Source: Callorhinchus milii (lineage: Eukaryota). Taken from it: a stretch of 64,000 nt of DNA. Position 1 is the stretch's first letter; each line of letters starts with the position of its first letter. Shown piece after piece: positions 1 to 11,290 of this stretch. The notes beneath the pieces are model-generated. The model was not told where the DNA came from. It saw only the letters and a program-made list of their open reading frames with translations, and did not search any database. The stretch spans positions 117,616,001 through 117,680,000 of the forward strand of contig NW_024704742.1 in assembly GCF_018977255.1 (NCBI RefSeq). Direction: 5' to 3'. Position numbers and translations under genes: made by a program.

Positions 1-580
1 AACTCTATCAATTGAGGCAGACTAGTGTCATTCATGATAAGATGAGAGTCTTTGCCTTTTACCTGTTGTAAGGGTCCCAAATGTCAACTCTGATCATCAT
101 TCATTAAGTATCATACAAACTCTTAGCAAAAAATACTGAATATTATACTAACTCAAAACATATACAGTATCTATACATCTACCATGCATTAGTTTACCCA
201 AAAATATAAAGATAAGCAACCCATAATTTTTAATCCACTTGGCAGTTATACTCTTGGGTATCAAACACTCACTTTAGACAGAAATTTGTGGGATCAATAT
301 TTCATTCTCACACATTCACTCAACTGTTCACATATTGATAGTTTTAACCTTCTTTATTTCCAGAAGGGTTTACCTGTTAAGGTTAGGAAAATTAGATATT
401 GAAACATGTCACACATCCCCTAACACATGATGTTTGGAACATGTTTCTACGTTAAACACTATGACCTATAATATGAACTTCTGTTACATAACTCCACATG
501 TTGCTCATGAGAAGAGGGTGATTCCATGTGCAGAATAGAATGATTTGCATGTCTGTTATTTGAGTTACAGGATACCAGAG

Positions 581-775
581 GTCTGAAATTTCAGCCTGTC
601 TTAGTCTGTAAGACCGGTTTGTCTTAAAATGTAAAATCATACAGAATTGTGGAAAAATCTTAATATCTGTCTCAGTTTGAAAGCAGAAAATCATCTTTTA
701 GATTAAGAATAAATTCAAGAATTTTCCACAACGCAACAGAATTTTTAATTTTAGGCAAAAATGGTTTTATATGAT
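581..775. repeat. Old dispersed repeat with inverted-repeat character (MITE-like); homologous copy at ~21548-21752 in opposite orientation
   Basis: gtctgaaatttcagcc..gcctgtaa..gtcttaaaat..gtggaaaaatcttaa aligns by eye with the reverse complement of 21700-21752. Confidence 0.5.
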
Positions 776-1040
776 CCCGACGTGAAAGCCGCTTTACAAA
801 TGTAATTTTGTTGTTGTTATAGGCTAAAACAAAATGGAATTTCTCTAATTAATGAAAAAAATTAATCAATTATAATCAATCAAACAAAATATTCTGTTAA
901 AGTTGATATAATAACAAATGCAGTCAAGTTGTTCAGTGTTTTTGCTAACTGTGAAATAGATTGTGTGGGCTTTAATGTATTTTGTGGTCCAGTGAGCATG
1001 AGGAATTGCTTGATAGATTTTCCTGTGTTTCCTTCTTTAG

Positions 1041-1158
1041 ATACCCATTACCAGCTGTAGTGGGGCGACTGATTTCATAGAGCTATTGGGAGGGAACAAA
1101 CTGGACCCCAGTAGGATGTACCCTGTGGCTGATATTTGCTACTCATTCAGTGGACCCG
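1041..1158 (+). CDS. CRHBP: Corticotropin-releasing hormone-binding protein, penultimate coding exon
   Basis: Acceptor ttctttag|ATA at 1040/1041 and donor CCCG|gtgaga at 1158/1159. Translates IPITSCSGATDFIELLGGNKLDPSRMYPVADICYSFSGP, matching the CRHBP motif C..GDFVELLGG..LDPSKM.P.ADLCY.F.GP. The phase-1 end joins the next exon in frame. Confidence 0.96.
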
Positions 1159-2866
1159 GTGAGAAGGCAAATGTGGTTTAATCAATCAGAATTGTCTCAA
1201 TATACATTTATTATATATTCAAAATTATGTTTCTCATTTTTTCTAATAATATTTATGAAAGGATATAGTGATAAGATAAACATGATACTTTGTATCAATA
1301 CGTTTGACTTGGAGTCAGCAACTTTGCACCTTGCATTGCTCCTTGTACGGTTTGGGGAGAGAGCTATGGCCTAATAAGCAGCCGGCCAGCATAAAACATT
1401 GGTATTTGCTTGATAGTTTTAGTGTGATGTTCAGCTACATAAATGAAGGATGAATGTTCTTTCAAGTTGTATATTCTACAAGTTGCAGTTTGGCAATTTG
1501 GTCCGAATGGAATTTTCTTCCTGCCCATCAGTTTCAGTTTCACCTTAATCCTGATTTTATCTTATTTTGTGCCCAATAGCAAAAAAAAAGTTCCCAAATT
1601 TATCAGCACTCAACCTGTCCATGTCCTAGACATGGGAAATGAAAATTATTAATAAATCATTACATTAAGTGGTACTCGAAGGAGGTGGAGGGCTTTGTAA
1701 TGTTATCCTTAGAATGGGACTGAGAGGCTGAAAGACAATAAATAGAGGTTGACACATGCATAAAATTAAGACAAAATAGCCATGACTAAAAATGTATTAT
1801 TGAAGAGGTTCATGTTCTCATGTTCTCTGTTTGTCATATTCTCTGATAAACCAGAAAAGTCACAGCCACAAGTCAAGGATATCATATATGTGAATCTGCT
1901 TTTACTTTCATAGTTGTGAAAACTTGAGAAAACTCTGAAAATGCTGTTATGAAAATTCATACAATGGGTTCCCACTGCAGCATCGGATAGAATACCTTCA
2001 AATTGATCCAATAACATCACCGTGTAAAATAATTAGCTCATTTAAGACAAAATTGTTTTATTTCAGATGAACAACGTTCGAGTTTGTACATAATCGAACC
2101 TTTTGTTACAATGTCCTGGGAATAGAAAGAAATCTCATTGCCACAAAAGCTTTACTGTTCTAGCAGTAGTTTTAACACAATTTTGGTCTGAGCACTCGAT
2201 TAGAGAACGTGCTCCAGTGCAGTCAGTTGGCACTTATCCCCACATTTGCAGCAACGCCAGTGAATTATTGTTTGTGCTACATGGGAATGACACATTAGCA
2301 TGCAGGAGCTTTAGGAATCTGGATGTTTTCATAATAATAATCCTTACATTTGATATAGCACCTTATCACATCTTCGAGACGTCTCAAATTGCTTCATAGA
2401 ATTTCTGTAAAGTGAATTGACTGTATATTTTTGTAGGTGAAACAAAAGGGCGTTTAGCACATGTTCAGGCCTTTTTGATTCTTCTCACACCCCAGGTGAT
2501 TTTCCCCTTCTCTAATTCAAGAATACTGAGGACTGGGCAAATCTTGAATCAGATGAATTATTAACACATTACATACATTACCCCCCCACCCCACCCAAAT
2601 AAAATTATCTTATATTTCTGAGGGTTAGCATACAGTTAATATTAATAATTATAATAATGATGCATTTGATATAGCAATTTGTTTGTGTATTCTTTGCAGG
2701 TAAAATTGTTAAAATTAGGCCGAGGGCATTAATATTTTTTTCTGTGCTTCCAGTAACAGAGTCATTTCTGGGTCTGATAGCAACAAACTTCACTTTGAAT
2801 TTCGAAATGCGCAGTAGTTGCTTTATTCAGCCGTTTCCTTCCTTGACAATAAATCTTTCATTGCAG

Positions 2867-3024
2867 CTCAAATGAAAGTCGGTTGCGACAACACTGTGGT
2901 GCGGATGGTATCCAGCGGCAAATACATTAATCGTCTGACATTCGAGTACCGCCAACTGAGCCCGCGCGAGCTGGAGAAACCCAATAGGAACAGTGTGGAG
3001 GATTTCTGCTACACTGATGACTGA
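2867..3024 (+). CDS. CRHBP: CRHBP last coding exon
   Basis: Acceptor ttcattgcag|CT at 2866/2867. Translates (A)QMKVGCDNTVVRMVSSGKYINRLTFEYRQLSPRELEKPNRNSVEDFCYTDD*, the highly conserved CRHBP C-terminus; TGA at 3022-3024. Confidence 0.97.
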
Positions 3025-3860
3025 GCGGCTGGCAATGTGCTACTTTGGGCCACTCAGATTCCCAGCTGTGGGCTGCTCTGCTCTTCTGCTCTCAAAATAA
3101 TTGAAGGGATTTGTGGTGGATATGTGCTGCTAAATTGTTAATTTATTAGATTTTTGCCAGGTAGCTATTATTTTCTTTTCTGACCTAACTACTGGACTCT
3201 GTGGTGAATTCTTATGATTGAACCATTAGCTTAGTTGGCAGATCTCTTTACTGTTAAATCAGCAGCAAAACTCTAAAATAGAAATAAACTACTCCATTGC
3301 TTGATGCATTTTTTAAAAAATAATGATGTAAACTTACTTTTGCTTTCTATTTATTGCTTAGGGATTATTCTGTTAGACTTGACCACCAGCACTGTATAAA
3401 AACACTTTGTGAGGAGTATTGTGTAAATAAAGGAAATTAACAGCAATGTCTTCATTCTGTGACAAGTGTTGCAAAGAATGACATTTTATTCTGCACTGAC
3501 AAAACATGAAACATCAATACAACTGAACAGTCTTAAAAAACAAAAACAACTTAGAAAAGAGCATCCTCCACCCAAAATGTCCTGTAAGATCTCATATTGA
3601 TCAAACTGAGTCACAATACAATTTTACAGGAGTTACATTGACATACGGATAGCTTAAAACTTAACATGTTACTATTCTAACACAATCTCATATTAAAGTA
3701 CAAGATAGAGAGCAAGGGATAGAAAAGAATTCATTTTTATTTGCTGATACATCACATTAATATTAATAGACATTTAGTGTTATTGTTTATAAACGTATCA
3801 TTATTTAATATTTATTTGTATTGAACTTCTTTTTAATAAAACTTTGATGGCGTGAGAATG
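3025..3860 (+). other. Probable CRHBP 3' UTR with alternative poly(A) signals
   Basis: Repeat-free AT-rich sequence after the stop codon, with AATAAA at 3283-3288, 3426-3431 and 3835-3840. The true cleavage site cannot be determined from sequence alone. Confidence 0.55.
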
Positions 3861-4179
3861 TGTTCTTCAATCAAGTTATTGACCATGTAACAAGAATTTT
3901 AAATGCTTTTAAAAAATTAAATCAAACCCCTCTGAAACCAAGAAAAGTAAAGTATTACAGCTAAAGTCACATCTTCAAAGTTACGGTGTTTGTTAATAAG
4001 AAAAATCACACATTTGTCACATAATTTTCATAACCTGTAGATCTAGCAGCAGTGTGGGTTCTAGACATAACCTTTCAATCAGACATGTCAAAACCATGGA
4101 ACTAATTCAATCACACAGTATGGAGACAAAGTTTCTGTTTAATCTTCCACTTGTTCAGGTTCCCCATCTGTTAAATGCA

Positions 4180-4470
4180 ACAAGAATAAATTACATTTGT
4201 ATAGTGCCTTCATGTCAGGAGGACGTTCCAAGGCTCTGGACGGTCAGGGATCCACAATCAAGCTGGTGGTTGGGATCAGGAGGCGTGGAGGGCGGAGAGG
4301 GTGGGGTTCAGGAGGGTGACCGAAGGCACAGTTGAAGAGGGGGGTCTTGAGACGGGTCTTGAAGGAGGCAAGAGAGGGGGCAAGGCGGATGGACTGTGGG
4401 ATGGAGTTCCAGAGGATGGGGGCAGAGGCTAAAGGCCCACCTGCCAATGGTGGGGCAGGCAAGCCAGGGC
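4180..4470 (-). mobile_element. L2 LINE 3' fragment
   Basis: Minus-strand translation APILWNSIPQSIRLAPSLASFKTRLKT.LFN.AF is the typical L2 ORF2 C-terminus, followed by the L2 3' tail. Confidence 0.85.
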
Positions 4471-5079
4471 CATGAAGCAGGCAATTGTTTTGGTGTTCCA
4501 GTCCAGCATTTGAATTTCCCTGAGGGCATATTGGGGTCATGAATGTTCCCAGATGGTATGAGGACTCTGACCTTCAGAATCGGATTTAGATAGAAAAAAA
4601 TCTGACATGGCACCAATTCAATTATGGAAAGGATGAGTTAGAAACCATTGTCTGGAAGTCTGTGAGCAAATTAAAAAAGTTTTAATCCACGGAACATTAG
4701 CTGGGTCTCCTTGTCTTAAATGTACATCTTCATTCTCTGGTTAGCTCTCATGGTCTAAATTAGGAATGGTCAACTTGCATCCCACAAGCCGCATTATGCA
4801 TGCACAAAATCTGCAGCCCACGGACCACAAGTTGGCCATTCCTGATCTAAATCGCAATACAGTACTTGCTTACATCTCTATCAGCCATGATCATTCTTTA
4901 CAGCTAACATCCCTCCTCGATTCCACATATCTTGATTCAATATCTTCCGGAGAAGGGAGGGGAAAAGAACCACGTACCACATCATAAATTCTTAGCTTTG
5001 GCTATATTTAAATGTTGGGTTTATTTTTAAATCATTTTCACCCCAAAAATTAAGATTTTTTATATCTAATTCCATTCTT

Positions 5080-6557
5080 ATCAGTAGCTTCAACTTCAGC
5101 CTGGACGCTGTTCTGAAGGACTGCGCTGAGAAGGGGTGAAGGGCACTCTGGCCATACTCATCCCTTGTCAAGGACAGCAAGGTTCAAATGCAGGTCAAGC
5201 TTATGGCATATAAGACCTGTGGGCAAACAATCCTCCTTTATGGTTCCAAGGTCCTGCGGATGCAGCAGAGAGGCTTCCTCTGAGCCATTTGCAAAGTCTA
5301 GGATTAAGCAGTGAGGTGGATTTGTGTCAAACACAGGGAGGGAGGGCTGTGGCCTTCACTGACCTGTTGCTATGCACCCTGGAGGTGGAGATGGCTTCAC
5401 AACGGGCTTGTTTATTTGCCAAGGCCCCTCGCATGAGGACTGGATTAAGCAGCTGAGCCTGAGTAAGCCTGGTATATGCATTGGATTTGGACCTGGAGAA
5501 CATCAAGGTGGCTGGCACATCACAAGCTGTCCTGTAAAAGTCCTCCCACCATGCTGAAGGCCAGACAGTTTATGAGGAAACTCTGAGGCTTGAGGCGACA
5601 GCTGCTGGAGTCCAAGTTCGTGAACACGTGTTTGTACGTCCAGTGCCTGGAATCCACCTTCATTGACTTGCAAAGATGTAAGCAGATACTGTTTAAACTT
5701 TGCACCTCCTCCTGGTGGCACCTTCGATCAATGGGAAGGGATGTGTGCCCAAGCTGCGGACAGGAAGATGGTGACAATGCTCTCACACATTTCATGCTGA
5801 GCTGTGTTGTCCGCCAGGAAGCTCACAGGGAGTTCCTTGTACCTACCATCCACCTAGTGAGAGCTCAAACCTGCGCTTATCAGATGTCAAACGACCAACT
5901 ACAACAACAACAACAACAACAACAACAAGATTCCATTTATTGAGCGCCTTTCACGTCAGGAGGAAGTCCCAAGGCGCTGTACAGTTGGGTCAGGACCCGA
6001 GCAGGGGGGAAATGGTCAGGGTGAGGGAGGAAAGGGAGGGAGCGAGGAGGGGGTAGAGAGTCGAGAGGGGAGCTGAAGGCACGGTCAAAGAGAAAGGTCT
6101 TGAGACCGGCCTTGAAGGAGGAAAGAGAGGAAACAAGGCGAAGGCACTGGGGATGGAGTTCCAGAGCCTAGGGGCTGAGAGGCTGAAGGCCCGGCCACCG
6201 ATGGTAGGGCGGTTGAGGCGGGGGATGTGGAGCAGACCGGAGCCAGAGGAACGGAGGGTACGGGCAGGTAAGTAGGGGATAGTAGGTCGGAGAGGTAGGA
6301 GGGAGCAAGGCCGTGAATGGCCTTGTAGGTGAGGATGAGCATCTTGAATTCGAAGTCATTAACTAATGACTATCCTCCTTGGAAGCGGGGTTTCCTTAGA
6401 GCTGAACTGGTTCCAAGGTGCATGTTTGCAACGGAAAGTTGGAATCAAGCCAGCCCTCTGTGGTGGTCTTGGTAGGTTCCTTGTGGTGGTTTACATGCTC
6501 TGGGATGCTACCTCGGGTGGAGGCTGTTATACAAATGCAAGTTGTTGCTGTTGTTGG
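5080..6557 (+). mobile_element. Decayed non-LTR retrotransposon 3' portion (RTE-X-like; RT thumb plus CCHC zinc knuckle), split by an L2 insertion
   Basis: KDCAEKG.RALW..KLMAYKTCGQTILLYGSKVL resembles an RT thumb; CPSCGQEDGDNALTHFMLSC fits C-X2-C..H-X4-C. The frame resumes at 6366 once the L2 insert is removed. Clade assignment is tentative. Confidence 0.6.
5902..6360 (-). mobile_element. 5'-truncated L2 insertion with AACTA target-site duplication
   Basis: L2 ORF2 C-terminus (LILTYKAIHGLAPSYLSDLL), a (TTG)n tail read as (CAA)n on +, and AACTA at 5897-5901 and 6361-6365. Confidence 0.9.
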
Positions 6558-7229
6558 TTCTTAGCCAGGCGGGCCTGCCGATCACACACTTCCTAAGATC
6601 TACACCAAGCTCACATCACCAAGTCTCCTGACTCACAATCCCTGCTTAAGCACATTCTAACCATGACCACAGAAATACACTTGGTCATGTTGATCCTCAA
6701 GATATAAATCTCTACAAAAAAATGCAATAGAACATTTTAATTTCTCAATATAAGTTTCTACAGACACATAACTGCAATATCACATGAAGTCAAATGTAAA
6801 GAAGGATTTGGGATGAATTGAGGCTTCAGCTTTTCTAACTATTTGTAGTGTCACCAATTATGAAACTTAGCTCTCTGAAAAATAATAAAATAAACGAAAG
6901 CCTGTTTACCTAGTAAGTGGAACTTGCTTCACAGTCAATTGGTCAATCTGTTTCCAGGGGTAATAATTCCTCCAAAAAAAAAATTTGGTCACACATTCCA
7001 CAACAAAGGATACTGTAGTATGCAATTAGCTGTCACATTTAACCCACAAAATAGAGTCAATTCACTTTACAATATATCTGAAGCACTTTGAGACATCTTG
7101 AAGACGTGATAAGGCACTATATCAAATGCAAGGGTTATTATTATTATCTTCTGTGAAGTGACTTGAGAAATCTCAATGATGTGATAAGGCCCTATATCAA
7201 ATGCATGGATTATTTTTCTTATTATTAAA

Positions 7230-8998
7230 GCAATTCAGCAGTGCAGCTGGAGCTACATTTGTTTTTGTCAGTGAACAGCTTTTGTTCTGTTCTGATAATT
7301 TCAGATTTCACGACATTGTCAAGGGTAAATGATTCACTTAATAAGTTTGGAGAATGATTGTCTATCATAAATCAGAGACTGAGGATAACACAGTGGGACG
7401 GCTTTAGGAAATACTACTGATTATTTTCATCAGTCCTTTAAGTCTTTGAGATACATAGAATAAAAGATCATTAATAACACAAACAAATATTAGATACTGC
7501 TAGTGAATGTATTCTTTAGGTAATATGTCAGAATAATCCACTATTCCCTTTTACTGGAACAATCAATGACATTATTATTCCATTGTCAATTGTAATTAAC
7601 TTTAATCACATCCTCACAATCCATTTAGCAATGTATCTAATGTCAAGTGTGTCACTTCCTTAGATGTGTTTTCTCAATAAATTCATGTAGAGAAAATGTG
7701 ATCTTTCTGTAATGATCCAAGGAGGACATAATCAGCATACACACCTCAAGGAAGCTTTCAAATGAATCCCCTTCATTTTGTAATGATACTGAAGTGCTTT
7801 CTTCTTCATAGAAAATCAAAGTGTTACACGTTACATTTAATGTAGTATAACTTGTGCTTACAATAATGTATGCAGCTCCACGAATATTTTCCATCTGCTT
7901 TGGTATTGATATAATTTCACATGAATGTGAAAGTTATGTCCAATATTTGACTACTTTATTTCAAATTTTTGAACAAATATATTTTAATAACTGTTTTCTT
8001 ACTCGCTGTTCTGAATCTGCTTATTTTACAGAATTGTAAGAATGCTAAATACCTCCGGATTATTCTTTGTTGTGTTAATACACTGTTAAGCAGAGATAAA
8101 ACATTTCTGTTCTCTAAATCACCATAAAATCTCATTTGATAAAATACAGCCATGAGAGTTTCCAAATCAAATTTTAAATTGTAAACGTTGCAACTTTGAT
8201 TGAAATAGTACAGCCAACTGTACTTGACTGAACTGCTTTCTCATCTTCCAATGTGAAGGTTCTGCTTTTTTTATCAACATTGATTCACATCCCCATGTTA
8301 AAGCCTTTTAGACCCATGCCTCGTACTGTGTGAATTATATCTTCCTCAGTTACCTTCAAAAGAAGTATCCTTTGTATTTATGATATCTGGGGAATACTAT
8401 CACCATTACTACTTTCCAAAACAATTTATATGAATAGATTTCTTAGATAAACTGGAAATGTTTACCTGCTGCTTTGGAAAGATTACTTTCTCACAAAACC
8501 TAATGATTTGGATTGTTAGAATGCACTCATTAATTTAGGTTCCTTCTTGTATGGAAATCTATTGCTCAGAAGAATATCATGACGGCTTGTCTCAAAATAT
8601 TAAAGATCCTGAATGCCTGCGTGTAATGAGCTTCGTTCGTCATAAGTATTTTAATCACTATTCAGTTCTGTTATGGCAAAATGTATTTTTAAATCAAATG
8701 GAATGCAGATTGGGGAACAAGTTGGTACTTGTAATCAGGAGGTGAATTAATGAAGGAGCATTCAGCAGGGAAATGCTGGTTTTGTCCTTTCTGCCACCCC
8801 ATCTGGTTAATGGCGTTGTCATTATCAGAGGCATTCTCTAGAGGGATATGTCAAATGCTGCAATCTATATTAGATGCAGGACTTGTAAGAGCTGCTGTCT
8901 TAACAGAGATTTCTGCATTCATCCTACGTGCTGCTCTAACTGTCACGGCTTTTCTGACAGCTGTTAAATTAGCAAATTAGTTCACAGTTTTTATACAA
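7230..8998 (-). pseudogene. Decayed intron-less reading frame; candidate endogenous viral element (nairovirus/Bunyavirales-like L polymerase C-terminal region)
   Basis: Long protein-like translation across scattered stops and frameshifts: FANLTAVRKAVTVRAARRMNAEISVKTAALTSP..NAINQM/GGRK..FDLKIHF..LGFVRK..YLRNLFI*IVLES..IQRIL..FDLETLMAVF..RNVLSLLNSVLTQQRIIRRY..MENIRGAAY..VDYSDILPKEY. No splice signals are needed. The family resemblance rests on recalled sequence only. Confidence 0.45.
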
Positions 8999-9056
8999 TA
9001 TTTCCATCAAAGTTGCAACGCTTACAATTTAAAATTTGATTTGGAAACGCTCATGG
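8999..9056 (+). repeat. 58-bp inverted duplicate of 8150-8207
   Basis: tatttccatcaaagttgcaacgcttacaatttaaaatttgatttggaaacgctcatgg is the reverse complement of 8150-8207 with 3 mismatches. Confidence 0.95.
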
Positions 9057-9389
9057 AATGATTTATTAAGAAGTGAGCTTTAATACACTAGCAACTGACT
9101 TAATTTAAATTAATAAAACGTGAGTCATTCAAACTAAACATAGCCATTGTTAATCACTGTGTCAATCAGAATTCTTAGACGTAAAACTACAATTATTTAT
9201 ATTTATGTAGAGCCTTTTGTGTTGACAGGATGACTTAAGCGCTTCACACAGCTGAATGGGAACCCAAATTGGAGATGGGTGCTGGATGAATGACGGAAAC
9301 ATCCATTTATGCTGCTTCATAATTGGGATAACCCTCTAATTTCATTTTTCAGTTACAATAGGGCACCAGATAGTCCAATAGGTTAACAA

Positions 9390-9510
9390 ACTGCAGTTTG
9401 AATCCAGCCCATAATGAAGAGGTTAAAGGCTCTTCATTCTTCAGGATCTATCGTGAAATGAGTGAACAATTACAACCCAGGTTCTGGTGGCCTTGAGCCA
9501 GCAGCATGAC
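9390..9510 (+). mobile_element. Very old SINE remnant, LF-SINE-like
   Basis: Motifs ttgaatccagccca, gtgaaatgagt and ccaggttctggtgg occur in the order recalled for LF-SINE; highly diverged. Confidence 0.35.
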
Positions 9511-10629
9511 ACTGGACCTGTTTTATAAAAATAATAATAATCCTTACATTTGGTATTGCGCCTTTCATGGTGGGAGGATAACTTAAAGCGCTTTACGGGA
9601 TATACTTTAAAGTGTATTTTTTAGGCAAATGCAGCTGCTAATTTGAGCAGAGAAATGTCCCACAAACAACCATGAGGTCGGTGATCCATTTTATTTGGGG
9701 GGATTGTTGGCCACGACACTGGGAGAAACTCCCTTTTTGAATAGGGCCATTGGCACTGAATTAGCAACTGCATTCAGAGAGAGCGTAGAATAGTCAATGT
9801 GAAAAATAAAACATGCATTAGGATCTGAGAAAAATGAAGTTGGAATTTAAATATATTATTGGAGAGGGAGAGTTTCCCTTTGCATCCAACCATGCCAGCC
9901 TCGATCTGTGTTTTTCTGATTTTGACACTGAGCACTTGTAAATATTCCATTCCCCAATGTTACTATTTCTCAGCTTAATAAGCAGAACTTTTTAAACAAG
10001 ATTTATAACAAAAAGAAAAGATTTTGTGTACAATGCACAAGCTGCATCTTTTAATATTGTGAAGGTTAGCTTTGATTCTGTCCCACCTTGCTTGGGCTTC
10101 CATTCCATCTTTATAGAACATTTTGAACATTTACCTATGTGAAAGGCATTGTATAAGTACAAGTTGATGTTCTGGTTTTAGTTGTTGCAACTGCAAAACT
10201 ATCAAGCCTGTGAATAGAATATCCTGTTATATTCCAATCATGTTTTATTGCAATTCCAGTCTTCTTAATTTTTCTATCATTATTTTTCTTCATGTAAACC
10301 TGAGCAGATTTTGAAATACCTCATCTAACAGATTACGAATGAAAATTAAGCTCTCAGAGGCCTATTTGTGAAGGTGTTAAGGAACTTTAAATAGTATTAA
10401 AGTGTTATGACTACCACTGAGATGATTGTATTTGATTTTCATATCCCCAGGGCAGAAAGTGGAGACATGCAATAAGCAAAACTATTCAATCAGCAGAGAA
10501 TAGTGATAATCACTGTTAAGTGCCTCAACAAGCAGGAAATGAACATCTAATGGTGAAGACAAAAACTTAAAAACTTTGAAGTTTTAAGTGAAGCTATTTC
10601 TCGAAGAAACGTGAATACGTGAATCCATT

Positions 10630-11290
10630 CAACCCCAGAATCAGGAGGAGGTTTGGGAGTAAATTGAACCAAGGCCATGGAGGGCTTTGAAGGTGAGGAC
10701 CAGAATCTTCAGCTGTATTCTCTGTGTACAAATCACATTTATATAGCACCTTTTACATTGGGAGGATATCCCAAGGTACTGGACAACCGAGGGTTGAATT
10801 CAAGGGGGATGGTGAGAAAAAGATGACCAAAGACATGGTCAAAGAGAAAGGTCTTGAGACAAACCTTGAATGAGACGAGGGAAGGGGCTAGGCAGAGGGA
10901 CTCCATGATGGAGTTCCAGAGTGGAAGCATAAAGGCTGAAAGATGGTGGGGTGGGCAGGATGGGGGACAGGAAACAGGTTGATGATTGCCAAGGAGAGGG
11001 AGCAGGCATGTGGCTAGGGTTTTAGAAAGTCGCAGGTAAGGTGGGACAAAACCGTTGGAGGAATTAAAAGTGAGAACGAAGATCTTGAACTCAATCCTCT
11101 GGGGCATGAGGAGCCACTGGAGGTGGCAAGGATAGGATGATAGGCTCGTGAAGAGGACACAAGCTGCAGAGTTCTGGATGGTCTGCAGCTTGTGGAGGAA
11201 AGAGTTGGGAAGTCTGGTGAGCAGAGAGTTGGTATAGTCCAGCCTCGACGTGATGAAAGGAGGGGTACAGGAGTGGCAAAGAGGAAGAAT
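10630..11290 (-). mobile_element. L2 LINE 3' fragment
   Basis: FITSRLDYTNSLL..LHKLQTIQNSAA..QRIEFKI..LWNS..SFKVCLKTFLF (ORF 10739..11344). Confidence 0.9.

Noticed and set aside
5590..5943. Poly-glutamine protein ORF
   Set aside because: The Q run is the antisense (TTG)n tail of an inserted L2.
8750..8980. Hydrophobic plus-strand ORF (76 aa)
   Set aside because: Best explained as the antisense shadow of the decayed minus-strand frame.
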